A program made the position numbers and the translations under genes. A stretch of DNA of 64,000 nucleotides from Octopus sinensis (lineage: Eukaryota): contig NC_043007.1 of the NCBI RefSeq assembly GCF_006345805.1, forward strand, positions 40,858,001 to 40,922,000, in the 5' to 3' direction. Positions 40,401-51,789 of this stretch are shown in pieces. Position 1 is the first letter of the stretch. Each line of letters begins with the position of its first letter. The notes below the pieces were generated by a model. The model worked only from the letters and a program-made list of their open reading frames with translations. It was not told where the DNA came from and made no database searches.

Positions 40401-41842
40401 TACGTTTTCCTTCAGCAACTAAAAATCACAAGGAGCAAGGTCTGTACTGTAAGGTGAGTGAGGGAAAGTTTTTTTATGCCCATCCCTGTCACAGATGATT
40501 ACTGTATTGGAATTGTGAACTGGTGTATTGTCCTGATGCAAGGGCCACCGACCCGAGTGGAAGAGCTCCGGCATTTTGCGAGAAATCTTTTTCTGAACTC
40601 TCAAAACCTCCTCAAAAATACTCTTTGTTGACTCTCTGGCCAAAGGGACCACATTGGATATAAATGATGTCCTAGCTGTCGAAAAAGGGGATCATCATGA
40701 GCTTTCCGGTGGATTTGTTTTGCCTATACCCTTGTGCCAGCGAAAAACAGATGCTTGACCCACAAAAGTTGACCCTTAAGCAGTCTGGAACATTTCACAT
40801 GTTTGCATAGCGTCTTTTCCCAGTTTAATAGAAAAATTTATTAGAAAGCAAGCTTCCAAATTGTCTTCAGGCCCCGACTGCATTCTGCAAACTAGTCAGC
40901 AGTGACAAGCATTCTTTAGTAGGGTGTGTGTTCAGAGTACTGTAACAGCTCTTTCTCTCTCTCATTCTCTCCCCCTCTCTCTCTCACTCATTCTCTCCCC
41001 CTCTCTCTCTGTTAGTATTCTTTATTTCTATAATTTTTTCTCTCGCGAAAGGAGTTTTCTCTTACGAAAGCAGTTTTCTCTTCCTAAAGTGACATTTCTG
41101 TCACCTATCAATCTATCTATTTCTTTATTTCTTTATCTCTCTCTCTCTCACTTGCACATTCATTACGTTTATTTGTTTTTTCTTTCAATATTTATATAAT
41201 GCCAAGGCGACGAGCTGGCAGAAACGTTAGCACGCCGGACGAAATGCTTAGCAGTATTTCGTCTGCCGTTACGTTCTGAGTTCAAATTCCGTCGACGTCG
41301 ACTTTACCTTTCATCCTTTCGAGATCGATAAATTAAGTACCAGTTGCGTATTGGTGTCGATCTTACCGACTGGCACCCTCCCCCAAAATTTCGGGTCTTG
41401 TGCCTAGAGTAGAAAAGAATATTTATATAATACCAAATGCATCTGTGAGAATAAGCTGTTCTCGTCCAGAACAAAGTCTTTTACATATGAAACAGAACAA
41501 GTGTGATTAGTCAAAGCATATACATGGTCCTTCACCAATACAACTATTTCCATTGGCCAAGACCATATGCTTTCTCGGACCTTGTTGTTTGGTCTGTTAT
41601 TTCTATCTATCTATGAATACACTTTATATAATTTCACTAATGGAGTAATTTTCTATATTCAGGCTTTGGCAACTCCGTGGGCTCCTGGGATTATCATAGG
41701 AACTGGATGTATATTTTCTTCAATTTTGCTCCAAATACTTTTACCAGAAACAGGAAACCGTGTCTTACCTCAGACGATTGAAGATGTGAACATGATGCAG
41801 AAGAAAAAGAAGAAGAATATGAAAATTGAAACTATATCGTAA
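20784..41842 (+). CDS. SLC22-family (organic cation/anion transporter-like) gene copy B, complete, 10 exons, 569 aa: join(20784..20922,26992..27200,28811..29041,32276..32478,33848..34180,34714..34848,37459..37544,38794..38914,39497..39569,41663..41842)
   Basis: All junctions are GT-AG and the phases chain to a 1710-bp ORF without internal stops. SLC22 hallmarks: D.IL..LG at the N-terminus, 4-Cys glycosylated first loop ending [44 protein letters not shown]. Confidence 0.92.
21325..21970 (+). mobile_element. Two degenerate or partial copies of SINE family 1
   Basis: Matches to the 58401-58800 copy (ccaggttcagtcccac…gcctcgggccgaacaaagccttgtgagtgga…). Confidence 0.75.
23060..24480 (+). mobile_element. 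Penelope-like element remnant ending in a decayed hammerhead
   Basis: Broken frames [19 protein letters not shown]…[20 protein letters not shown] resemble the PLE RT thumb/linker; hammerhead-like motif at 24343-24449. Confidence 0.5.
24343..24449 (+). ncRNA. Degenerate minimal type I hammerhead ribozyme
   Basis: gac-TTGAAGA-GTGA(atatt)…(aatat..)TCAC-GAAA-A-GCGC-GTC-gtc; two substitutions from a canonical CTGAAGA/GAAAC core. Confidence 0.5.
25030..26160 (+). mobile_element. Probable decayed DNA transposon
   Basis: Fragmented transposase-like frames ([34 protein letters not shown]); family not assigned. Confidence 0.35.
26992..27200 (+). CDS. SLC22-like copy B exon 2 (extracellular loop)
   Basis: [11 protein letters not shown]…DKC…[20 protein letters not shown]. 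Confidence 0.88.
27706..28076. mobile_element. MITE bounded by TTAA with terminal and subterminal inverted repeats
   Basis: ttaagcatgccacataacctccc … gggattatatggaatgcttaa; inner inverted pair ttgttctacacatgggaattcatatgactat / atagtcgtatgaattcccgtgtgtagaaca. Confidence 0.75.
28811..29041 (+). CDS. SLC22-like copy B exon 3
   Basis: WDLLC…EKFGRK…[10 protein letters not shown]. Confidence 0.92.
29460..30000 (+). mobile_element. Internally deleted maT/Tc1-mariner-like element
   Basis: [26 protein letters not shown] fused to a C-terminal remnant (CNTKAE..K…[11 protein letters not shown]…AMVEAEGG), similar to the C-terminus at 36990-37140. Confidence 0.65.
30130..30480. repeat. (GAA)n / polypurine tract
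   Basis: About 350 bp of almost pure purines on the + strand. Confidence 0.97.
32276..32478 (+). CDS. SLC22-like copy B exon 4
   Basis: [19 protein letters not shown]…AYLLKDYSW…. Confidence 0.9.
33354..33552 (+). mobile_element. Short hammerhead-bearing element copy A (intron 4 of copy B, sense)
   Basis: gatcgctagccacta… CTGTTGA-A-GAGC-ATAT-GCTC-GAAACGTA-aaag … then (TA)n; homologous to 42247-42430 and 43747-43880. Confidence 0.75.
33848..34180 (+). CDS. SLC22-like copy B exon 5 (central cytoplasmic loop)
   Basis: FLKESIRWL…[12 protein letters not shown]…[11 protein letters not shown]. Confidence 0.9.
34714..34848 (+). CDS. SLC22-like copy B exon 6
   Basis: [44 protein letters not shown]; phase 2 at both ends fits the neighbouring exons. 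Confidence 0.82.
36050..37288 (+). mobile_element. maT (DD37D-type) Tc1/mariner transposon, decayed, near full length
   Basis: TIR remnants gtgtaaggtatttgaggac / gtcctctcaaatatcttacgcaccc-TA; frames with [40 protein letters not shown] and [10 protein letters not shown]. Confidence 0.8.
37459..37544 (+). CDS. SLC22-like copy B exon 7
   Basis: [28 protein letters not shown]. Confidence 0.88.
38794..38914 (+). CDS. SLC22-like copy B exon 8
   Basis: [39 protein letters not shown]. Confidence 0.9.
39497..39569 (+). CDS. SLC22-like copy B exon 9
   Basis: [24 protein letters not shown]. Confidence 0.9.
39910..40297 (+). mobile_element. tRNA-derived SINE family 1
   Basis: A-box ggctgtgtgg, B-box ggttcagtccc; near-identical to 58401-58800. 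Confidence 0.92.
40310..40870 (-). mobile_element. Mariner transposase remnant
   Basis: [11 protein letters not shown]…[13 protein letters not shown] motif on the minus strand. Confidence 0.8.
41200..41425 (+). mobile_element. tRNA-derived SINE family 2
   Basis: ggcgacgagctggcagaaacgttagc…gagttcaaattcc…tttcatcctttcg; inverted copy at 52935-53160. Confidence 0.88.
41663..41842 (+). CDS. SLC22-like copy B exon 10 (terminal)
   Basis: [13 protein letters not shown]…[17 protein letters not shown]…*. Confidence 0.9.
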   Translation, partial: ALATPWAPGIIIGTGCIFSSILLQILLPETGNRVLPQTIEDVNMMQKKKKKNMKIETIS

Positions 41843-42123
41843 AGACAATAAGATAATCACTATAGTTTGCCGTAATCTCGGCCAGCAAGATTAGTTTCAT
41901 TAGAAATTAAAAATGTGAAATATATGCTGGAGTGACGTAAATGCATACATACAGACTGACCGATAGATAGATGGACACATACATACGTGCATACGCACAT
42001 ATATGTATATATATGTATATATAAATCATAGGGTAGCAAAGAATTTTAGAGAAATTCTTTGCTGCCAGTGGTCTAGCGAGAAGAAAATACTAGTCAATAC
42101 ACTATATATTATTCATATAAAAG

Positions 42124-42227
42124 TATAGTGTACATTTAAACACATAAGAGATGGCCATAACTGACTCTTTCTAGCGAGTCAGATGTCCTGTCATGGCCAT
42201 CTCTAATGTGTTTAAATTTACACTATA
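42124..42227. mobile_element. MITE / hairpin
   Basis: 35-bp inverted arms with 2 mismatches, plus inner stem ctgactc/gagtcag. Confidence 0.8.
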
Positions 42228-42246
42228 TACATATATAACAGACGCC

Positions 42247-42430
42247 ATGATAGATCGTTAGCCACTACTCACATTTTTTCTCTCCTTGTTTTTTCTGTGT
42301 CCCTTTCTGTAGAAGAGCGTAGGCTCGAAACGTAAAAGACTTTTTGTATTCATGAGCGTTATACTAATACATCTGTTTGTTTTGTACACAACCTGTTTTC
42401 GTCCTTTGTTTTTTTCGTAAACACTCCCTA
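42247..42430 (+). mobile_element. Short hammerhead-bearing element copy B
   Basis: Contains the motif at 42303-42338; ends at (TA)n/(GATA)n. Confidence 0.78.
42303..42338 (+). ncRNA. Minimal type I hammerhead-like motif, variant core CUGUAGA
   Basis: cttt-CTGTAGA-A-GAGC-GTAG-GCTC-GAA-ACGT-A-aaag: stem I 4 bp, stem II 4 bp, palindromic ACGT as stem III (dimer-type). Confidence 0.6.
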
Positions 42431-42441
42431 TATATATGTAA

Positions 42442-42528
<87 letters not shown>

Positions 42529-42533
42529 TACAG

Positions 42534-42627
<94 letters not shown>

Positions 42628-43326
42628 GCATATTGAAAATTAAAAATAAATTACAAAGCAGCAAAAGTCGAAAGAACGTAAACATGGAGTGTATCAGCTT
42701 GACGCATAGTAAAGGTGCAAGAAAGAGTTTATGTATAACGTTTCCAGCATGGCTCTTCGTATGAAAGAGGAGAAACGAAAGGCCCGGAGAAAGAAAAAAA
42801 TCCGTGTGTGGATACCTGGCAATATGTGTGTGTGTGTGTACGAGTGTGAGGACAAACAAAAGAAGGGTTTTCAACACATTTATTGGAAGTTACGTGTATG
42901 GATTAAAACAGTTTGATTCAAATTCTTTAGTACTCCAAGAGTTTCGAGCGTGATGCTAATCTCAACGCTTGTCAACGCCGGATGTTTGCTATGCGAATGT
43001 ATACTCAAGCATACGTGCGTTCGCTGGTACTCATGTCTATACATATGCTCGCAGTATGCAGGCACGCATTGTACACGTTAGATTGACAGTATATGAATAC
43101 GTATGTGTGGATATATGTGTGTGTGTGTGTCTGTGTGTGTCTGTGTGTGTGCGCGCGCGCGTGTGTGCATCTGCGCATATGTGTATGTGCTTGCGTGCAG
43201 CCCCGTTCATAAATAAAGTATATATATATACATACATATATATATGTATATTTATATACACAAATATACATATACATATATATATGCACATACACATATA
43301 AGTATATATATACACACATATACGTA

Positions 43327-43374
<48 letters not shown>

Positions 43375-43396
43375 ATAATATATATGCATATATATG

Positions 43397-43439
<43 letters not shown>

Positions 43440-43456
43440 TATATATTGAATATATA

Positions 43457-43523
<67 letters not shown>

Positions 43524-43576
43524 AATATTCAATTTCTAAATCTCTCATAGAGATATGTACGGTGGTGGGGCGATAA

Positions 43577-43711
43577 AATGGTTGTATACTGTCAATCTAA
43601 CGTGAACGTGACAGTAGGGGGTTACACCACCGCTGTTTAGCCCTAGGAAGCAGCGACGCCTCCTGATGGCTTTGACACTGTCACGTTCACGTTAGATTGA
43701 CAGTATACAAC

Positions 43712-43715
<4 letters not shown>
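43577..43715. mobile_element. MITE with perfect 39-bp TIRs
   Basis: aatggttgtatactgtcaatctaacgtgaacgtgacagt and its exact reverse complement; the same terminus recurs near 43075-43093. Confidence 0.88.
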
Positions 43716-43746
<31 letters not shown>

Positions 43747-43750
<4 letters not shown>

Positions 43751-43880
43751 GAATTTACAAAAAAAACACGAAGTGTGGAAGTCTTTTACGTTTCGAGCCT
43801 ACGCTCTTCGGCAGAAAGGAACACTGAAATAAACAGGGAGAGAAAATAGAAAAAGGTTTAGTGGCTAGCGATCTATCATA
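43747..43880 (-). mobile_element. Short hammerhead-bearing element copy C (motif 43783-43818, core CUGCCGA)
   Basis: Minus strand: cttt-CTGCCGA-A-GAGC-GTAG-GCTC-GAAACGTA-aaag; abuts (TA)n. Confidence 0.75.
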
Positions 43881-43897
43881 TATGCCCAAATACATAC

Positions 43898-43941
<44 letters not shown>

Positions 43942-45339
43942 ATATATATCTCTTGTGATAAAAGGCAGATTTTCTCTGCCTGTTTCCATGTTTCTTTTTA
44001 ATACAATTCTACAATATAGAATTTCTTCAATTGGAATTTACCTATGATTTTTCCAAGTAGATTCGATTGGGTCATGGCATGTAAAGTTTTTTTCAATTTG
44101 ACCCCCAATTAAGCAAAAATTCAAGAAAACTCAATATTTTACGATTTGCCTCTCTCATTTCAAGTGGTTTACTCCTGCTATTACCACCACACTTTCTCCT
44201 TCTTTCTCTTTGCAAGTGTACACATACATAGACACGCAAACATATACATATACGATTGCCTCTCTCATTTCAAATTCTTTCCTCCGTCTATTACCATGCT
44301 TTCTCCTACTTTCTCTTTGCAAGCGGGGAAACAGATACACGTGCATTTTTTTTTTCGGGAAGTTCTTTTGAAGTTGGTGTGCATCGAAAGCATTGATGTA
44401 CATGTGTGCGTGCGTGAGTGTGTGTGTGTGTGTGTTTGATGGGTGTGCGACACAGAAAGTGTGGTGTGTAAGTGAAGTGCTTTTGTTACTGTGTGTAAAG
44501 AGACAGAGAGAGTAATGTTGTGCTGTGTGTATATGTGTGAAAGACAGAGATAACTGAACTTTTTTTATTCACTTTTTGTAGTGAGTGACTGAGAGAGAAA
44601 AGAAGAGAGAGGGGTCATGTATGTATATATGTATGTATGGCTTCAGTGACACACACACAAAAACACATACCTACGTACACCTAAAGCACGCACACATGCA
44701 CACAAATGGAGCGCGAACTTCAAAAGAACTTCGTGCTCTATCTATCTGGTTTGTCATTCCTCACACACACATACACACGCAAACATATACATATATGACA
44801 GTGACAAACACAAACGTTTCAAACAACTACATACAAACACTCAAAGACACACACACACACACACACGTGTATGTTTGTTATTAGTAAAAAAGGCACCAAA
44901 CACAATTCACTTTCTCATTCGAACACATTTGCAAACACACACCGACGGTTGAATTGCCATAACTCAACAGAAAAGGTAAATTGGTTTTTAATTTACTTTC
45001 TGTCGCTAAATTTTGGTAGTAGTGTGTGTATGTGTGCGCGCGTGTGTGTGTATGTGTGCGCGCGTGTGTGTGTGTGTGTGTGTCTGTGTGTGAGTGTGTG
45101 TTGTGTGTGTGTAGGAAGTGAAGGATAAGAATATGGCAAGAAGTGGACAGATGTACATTTATACATACATACATCCATACATACATATGTGTGTGTGTGT
45201 ATGTATGTGTATTAATGTGTGTGTGTGTTATCTCTTTCTATATAATGCTGAAGTTGTCTGTGTGCGGCAGGTTTGGTAGCCTTCAACTAACACAATCTCC
45301 TTCGAGATACTGCGGCACAAGTTGACCAAAATTGACAGT

Positions 45340-45622
45340 ATGATAGAAGAGGGGTTGCTCTTCCTTCCGTAGAAAATAAAATTCAAATCGGACCATGTTA
45401 ACACCAAACATTATTTACATCAAAAAGCTGCTTTTTTCTATGAAAATCCCTATTTTTTACCATTTTTTCACTGCTGTGTCGCCACTTTTCGGTGTATTTC
45501 AACCAGAAAAATGTTCACTTGAACATAATAACAAGCTACATAATGCAAAATTTTTACTTTTCAAAAATTCCAATTCCAGCGGGTCGAAACAAACCCGAGC
45601 AACGCCGGGCGATACTGCAAGT
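45340..45622 (+). mobile_element. Helitron-like non-autonomous 3' end
   Basis: Subterminal hairpin cccgagcaacgccggg followed 8 nt later by GCAAG-t, a likely decayed CTAG end. Confidence 0.45.
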
Positions 45623-45713
45623 AATATATATACATATATACACATATATATTAATAAATTATTAATAATAAAATTACAGCAAAAGAATGAGACCTGGATA
45701 TTATGTAAATAGA

Positions 45714-45785
<72 letters not shown>

Positions 45786-46168
45786 CATAGGGCAATCAGT
45801 AAGTTGTCATAAAAGAACTCAGAGCTTCAAATACCGAATCCCGGAGCGAAAAACTTTGAGGTATTTTCATAGGCTATTTGGACGATAAACGCTAAGAAAA
45901 AAAAAACGTTGAATAAAAGGAAAGTAACTCTAATAGGGTTGAAAAATATAAAAGATATAAAATATAAAAAAGTTTTTTTAATATTATAAAAAATACATGC
46001 AACCACATTCTCAAAATAGATAGAAACGTTCTGCGTTCGTAAAATCTACATACGTACGCACTCACATAGACATGTGTATGTATGTGTGTATATATATATA
46101 TATGTGTGTGTATGTATAAAAATCACTAATTTAGTGACTTTTTGAATAATATTTATTATAATATATTC

Positions 46169-46548
46169 TTTTACTTGTTTCAGTCATTTGACTGCGGCCA
46201 TGCTGGAGCACTCGACCCTGGGACTTGTTCTTTGTAAGCCCAGTACTTATTCTATCGGTCTCTTTGCCGAACCGCTAAGTGACGGGGACGTAAACACACC
46301 AGCATCGGTTGTCAAGCAATGCTAGGGGGACAAACATAGACACACAAACATACACACACATGCATATATATATACACATATACGACAGGCTTCTTTCAGT
46401 TTCCGTCTACCAAATCCACTCACAAGGCATTAGTCGGCCCGAGGCTATAGCAGAAGTCACTTGCCCAAGATGCCACGTTGTGGGACTGAACGTGGAACCA
46501 TGTGGTTGGTAAGCAAGCTACTTACCACACAGCCACTCCTGCGCCTAC
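46169..46548 (-). mobile_element. tRNA-derived SINE family 1
   Basis: Reverse complement of the 58401-58800 copy. Confidence 0.92.
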
Positions 46549-46746
46549 TATATTAAAAATTTTTTCTATATGATGTAATATAGATAATATCTTTCTCTAT
46601 CAATCGAATTACTTAATAGAGGTTATTTCTCTTAATTATATACATATATTATATATTGTGAAATTTGATTTAGTATTGCTAAATTGAATTTTTCCCTGTA
46701 AGTTTGGCATTTTCTATTCCCTACTATTATTAATAATAATATTATA

Positions 46747-46830
<84 letters not shown>

Positions 46831-47299
46831 AGATAGGGGTTGTAAATTCAACCCTCCATGGGATAACATATATCCAATATACTGCTAGAGAAGTACCCAA
46901 CAAAGCTAATACATAAATGTTAAGAATTGCGATGCAATTAATTCATTTACTGTATTAGGTGGGCAAAGGTAAAATAATTTTTACCTTAAATTAATAATAC
47001 AAAATATATGTATATGTATATGTGTATATATATAAGGATATGAGTATATATGCACTCAGATTTATATGTAAATGATTTTTGGGTATGTACTCATACTTAT
47101 ATAGGTGTATGTGTAATTTGTTTTATACATTAGAATCTCCGAAGAGGCCGTAAGATATTTTTGTTAATGTCTCATTTATACCTGTATAAGAAATAGGATC
47201 ACATGCGGTCGTATTGTGTAGGAAATACAATCGCACGCGGTCCCATTCTTAACGAATTATTACGAGTCATAAATACATACAGTAACAATAGAACATAAG

Positions 47300-47990
47300 T
47301 GAATTGACGAGAAGTCTTCTGTTGGTAGATAAATATTATTTATTTTACATATTTTACAATCATGTAAATTTTAAGAGTTCGTAAGCGTTAGCATGTTTTG
47401 TGTCTGTGTGTTCGGGTGGCGTGAAGCATACCCAAAGGTACTGAACATAGAATTAACAATGGCATTTAGTTTACTGTTCATAGGGCAAGGTGCTGAAATC
47501 TATTGGAGAGGCTTTCAGTGTTTGTATAGATTAGCGTAGCAACAGGTAGTAGCAGAGACAATCGCATATCTCTAAGTTGAGCAGCAGGTGGCCTAAGTTA
47601 GTTCTTAGAAGAACTGGAACTCAAGACCTAAGTGTCTGTGAACCCTGCTTTATATACTGTTTGGTTGGCTCACCGAACTCCAGAAAATGGAATTTTAACC
47701 GAAAGTCTTGATTGGCTTATTCACAATTATGGCGCGAAATAAGTCGAGACAATTCGCGTCACGTGTCAACCAGTGGTGCGGACTACGTAGGGACCCTCGT
47801 GTCACATGTCAACCAGTGGCGCGAAACACGTAGAGACCACTCGTGTCACCTGTCAGCCAATCAAGTTAGTGTTTAGAACAAGAACAAGTTGACTAAAGAT
47901 GGTTGTAACCTCAAACGAGATCATTTCTGCCTTGCCTTTCACACAGTGAAGATATTAGCAATCGCTATAGTCATATTTCACAATGGCTGA
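47300..47990 (-). mobile_element. Solo-LTR-like element
   Basis: Minus strand: three ~43-bp repeats with E-boxes, CCAAT, TATATAAAG (47649-47658), AATAAA (47339-47344), and a …CA end at 47300; no TSD found. Confidence 0.4.
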
Positions 47991-48261
47991 AACTGCCACG
48001 CTACACCTGCAATATATGGCTGATATAGGTTAAATGAGACATACTTATCTGCATGGCCGAAACAGCTATCAGTTATAATGTATATGTATTTTTATATCTT
48101 TTTATATTTATTTAGTTATATCTCATTATAATGATTGTAATTATTGTACTGTATTAATGTCTAATCTTAATGCTCTTGTGTAGTGTTTTAATAAAGTATG
48201 TGATTCGGTATTATCTGATAGTTGATGAATGATTTAGATATATTTCTCCATTTTCTTATTT

Positions 48262-48297
<36 letters not shown>

Positions 48298-48490
48298 CTC
48301 ATATATACCTGTACGAGTGTGCATATATGCATATGTTTACGTTTGAGTATGAGTATATTTATTTGTATAAATGTCTAATATAAATGTAGGCATATATTTA
48401 TGTGAGGATGACTTTGCGTATACATTCACACTTATATATATGTGTGTATATATTTATGCATATATATATATATATATATATATATCCACA

Positions 48491-49821
48491 TTTTTATTTG
48501 AGAACATATTCTTTGTGGAAAATAGCGATTTGACGTCTATATCTAGCACGTTGACCGTCCACTTTTAGTGGTCAGTCCTTTAAATTTTGTATGTAAAAAT
48601 AATTTAACCTTCGGATTTTTTTTAATATGCTAGGCCACTGGTTTTAATTGATTATTATTAATTTCTACCCTTATTAAATTTTAAATGATAATAAATGTTC
48701 TCTAACCGGTAAATTGACTGCAGGGTAGATTTCCGATCTCAGCGCGCTAAAGTGGAGGCATTTGAAAGATATACATAAATATAATTGGTTGGACTCTATT
48801 CATGCGAGACTCCAGTCAAACGTTTTTGTATCTAGTCCTGCAAATTGTATTTCTATATGACGACTCTGCTGAACAGATTGCGGGTATTCATATGCGTGGG
48901 TAAGAACAATCGAAACTGATCGGTACATTTTTATTTCGTATATTTTCATTTGTCTTGCATATTTTTAATACTTTGGTACGTGCTGGATTTTTATTTGAGA
49001 ACATATTCTTTGTGGAAAATAGCGATTTGACGTTTATATCTAGCATGTTGACCGTCCACTTTTAGTGGTCAGTCCTTTAAATTTTGTATGTAAAAATATT
49101 TTAATCTTCGGATTTTTTTAATATGCTAGGCCACTGGTTTTAATTGATTAATATCAATTTCTTCCCTTATTAAATTTTATATAGGCGATCTTTCGTCTCT
49201 AGTAAACCTTTCCGTCGATTTCCGTAAATTTTTTTTTTTTTTACATATGGGCTTGCGGGAACTTTTGAAGTAATATACATACATATACACATACACCGAG
49301 TAAAAAATCTCAGTTATCTCTTTCTTTCACACATTACTCTGTCTCTTCACACACACTAACAGAAGCACTTCACTTACACAACATACTATCTGTCTCCCAC
49401 ACCCCATCAAACACACACACACATGTCCATCAATGTTCCCATGCACGGTAACTTCAAAAGAACTTCCCTCGTCATACAATCGCTTTCTCTTAGTCTCTTT
49501 TGCTCTCATTACTTCAAAAGTTCCCGCAAGCCCATATGTAAAAAAAAAAATTTTTTTACGGAAATCGACGGAAAGGTCTACTAGAGACGAAAGATTGCCC
49601 TTATTTTTAATACTTTGGTACGTGCTGGATTTTTATTTGAGAATATATTTTTTGTGGAAAATAGCGATTTGACGTCTATATCTAACATGTTGACCGTCCA
49701 CTTTTAGTGGTCAGTCCTTTAAATTTTGTATGTAAAAATATTTTAATCTTCGGATTTTTTTAATATGCTAGGCCACTGGTTTTAATTGATTAATATCAAT
49801 TTCTACCCTTATTAAATTTTA
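48491..49821. repeat. Three direct copies of a ~190-220-bp unit (48491-48682, 48961-49179, 49603-49821)
   Basis: tttttatttgagaa…tagtggtcagtcc…ttattaaatttta occurs three times. Confidence 0.92.
49184..49599. mobile_element. MITE with ~90-bp TIRs
   Basis: ggcgatctttcgtctctagt…gaacttttgaagtaat and its reverse complement; the internal part is related to 44140-44560 in opposite orientation. Confidence 0.85.
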
Positions 49822-51063
49822 TATATATATAACAATTTAATAAAACATATGCACACATACATATATGTACATACCTATATCTATATGTATATTTACATGC
49901 ATATATGAGTACAGGACACCACAAATAAACGTACAACACAAGAAACGAAAACAAAAACAAAACAAGGAAACGGACTTTTTTTAAAAACGAAAAAACAATG
50001 ACATAAGTGGGAAAGAGTGATGCAATATCCGGACACTGCACTACTTTCAACTTTTATGCGCCAATTTAAACTGACTAACAGGACGTTGCTAGGTTACTGT
50101 AATGACAAACATTCGCACACACTACCCAACTTTCATTTTAACTTGTTCTAATCGTCGCGGAAATGCCCTCAGGCAGCCTTTCATTCAACTAGGCTGCTAA
50201 ATTGGGGTATTTATGGTTTGCACTTCATAACGCCGGGCATTTAAAAAAAATATTCACCTAAAATTCTCTCGCAGACCGGATATAATTATCCGTCGGGTGG
50301 TATATGGATTGCGGGCCTTGAGTTTGACACCCGTGATTTAAAGAAAGATAACTCGCTATCTATAGTAATTAAACTAGTTAAAATAATGATTGTGATAATT
50401 TATATTCTCGCAAATAATATTAATAAATATAATTAAAATAATAGTAACAATAATATTAATTGAGGGTTTAAACCCCAAGTAAATGAAATACCTCTGAATT
50501 AATAATGTACGCCATACAGTAAAACATAAACAAAACTGCTACAATTAATTGTAATATAAACAAACATTTTAAAGCCATGATTTTTCTGTAATACAAGTAG
50601 AGGTGATTATAAAACTAGAGTTCAATTCAATTTTAAAACGTTATCACTTTCAACTGAATACGAAGCAGGAAGCGGGTTTGAATTAGTTCACTTTGAAAAC
50701 ATTGTAAGTGATGAACCCGTGATGAAATTGCAGCTTCTAGGATGCATAATTGCATACACAGTAGTGTGTAGTTCATGCAGTAGAAACATATGTTGGTCAT
50801 TATTATACGTACTATAGAAAACCTTTAGTAAAAAGTTTTGGATGCGAATAAATCTCTACTCTCCTCTTTGTTTTCAATTATATATATATAATGTATGATG
50901 CATCTATATACCATATATATCCATATATATATAGAGAGAGAGAGATGAGAAATAGATATTCTCCGTATAGAATACACTTAGTAATGCTCAAGAGGTTTAA
51001 ACTTGAGCAGGTAGAGGAGTAAACGTAAGGATAAGGAAGTCAGGTAAGTCGATACACAAAAAA

Positions 51064-51760
51064 TCATCATCATCATCATCGTTTAACGTCCGCTTTCCAT
51101 GCTAGCATGGGTTGGACGGTTCAACTGGGGTCTGGGAAGCCCGAAGGCTGCACCAGGCCAGTCAGATCTGGCGGTGTTTCTACAGCTGGATGCCCTTCCT
51201 AACGCCAACCACTCCGCGAGTGTAGTGGGTGCTTTTTATGTGCCACCAACACAGGTGTCAGACGAGGCTGGCGAACGGCCATGCTCGGATGGTGTTTTTT
51301 ACGTGCCACCGGCACGGAGGCCAGGTGAGGCTGGCACGGCCACGATCAGATGGTGTTTGTTACGTGCCACCAGCACGGAGGCCAGTCGATGCGGTGCTGG
51401 CTACGGCCACGTTCGGATGGTTCTCTCATGTGCCACCGGTACTGGTACCACAAACTAAATTCCAATAATGTGGATCGATTTCGATTTTGATTTCACTTGC
51501 CTCAACAGGTCTTCACAAGTAGAGTTATGTGTCCCAAGAAGGAAGGTATGCACAGGTGGACTGACTACGTCCCAGGTAGGGACCACGGGTTATGGCCTCA
51601 CTTGTCCTGGCGGGTCTTCTCATGCACAGCATACTTCCAAAGGTCTCGGTCTCTGGTCATTTCCTCGGTGAGACCTAAAGAGCGAAGGTCGTGTTTCACC
51701 ACCTCATCCCAGGTTTTCCTGGGTCTACCTCTTCCATAGATTCCCTCAACCGCTAGGGTT
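51064..51760 (-). mobile_element. RTE-clade LINE 3' end with (GAT)n tail
   Basis: LAVEGIYGRGRPRKTWDEVVKHDLRSLGLTEEMTRDRDLWKYAV; 3' UTR with ~60-bp tandem units; tail gatgatgatg. Confidence 0.85.
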
Positions 51761-51789
51761 AAATATATTTAATACAAAAATGTATATAT

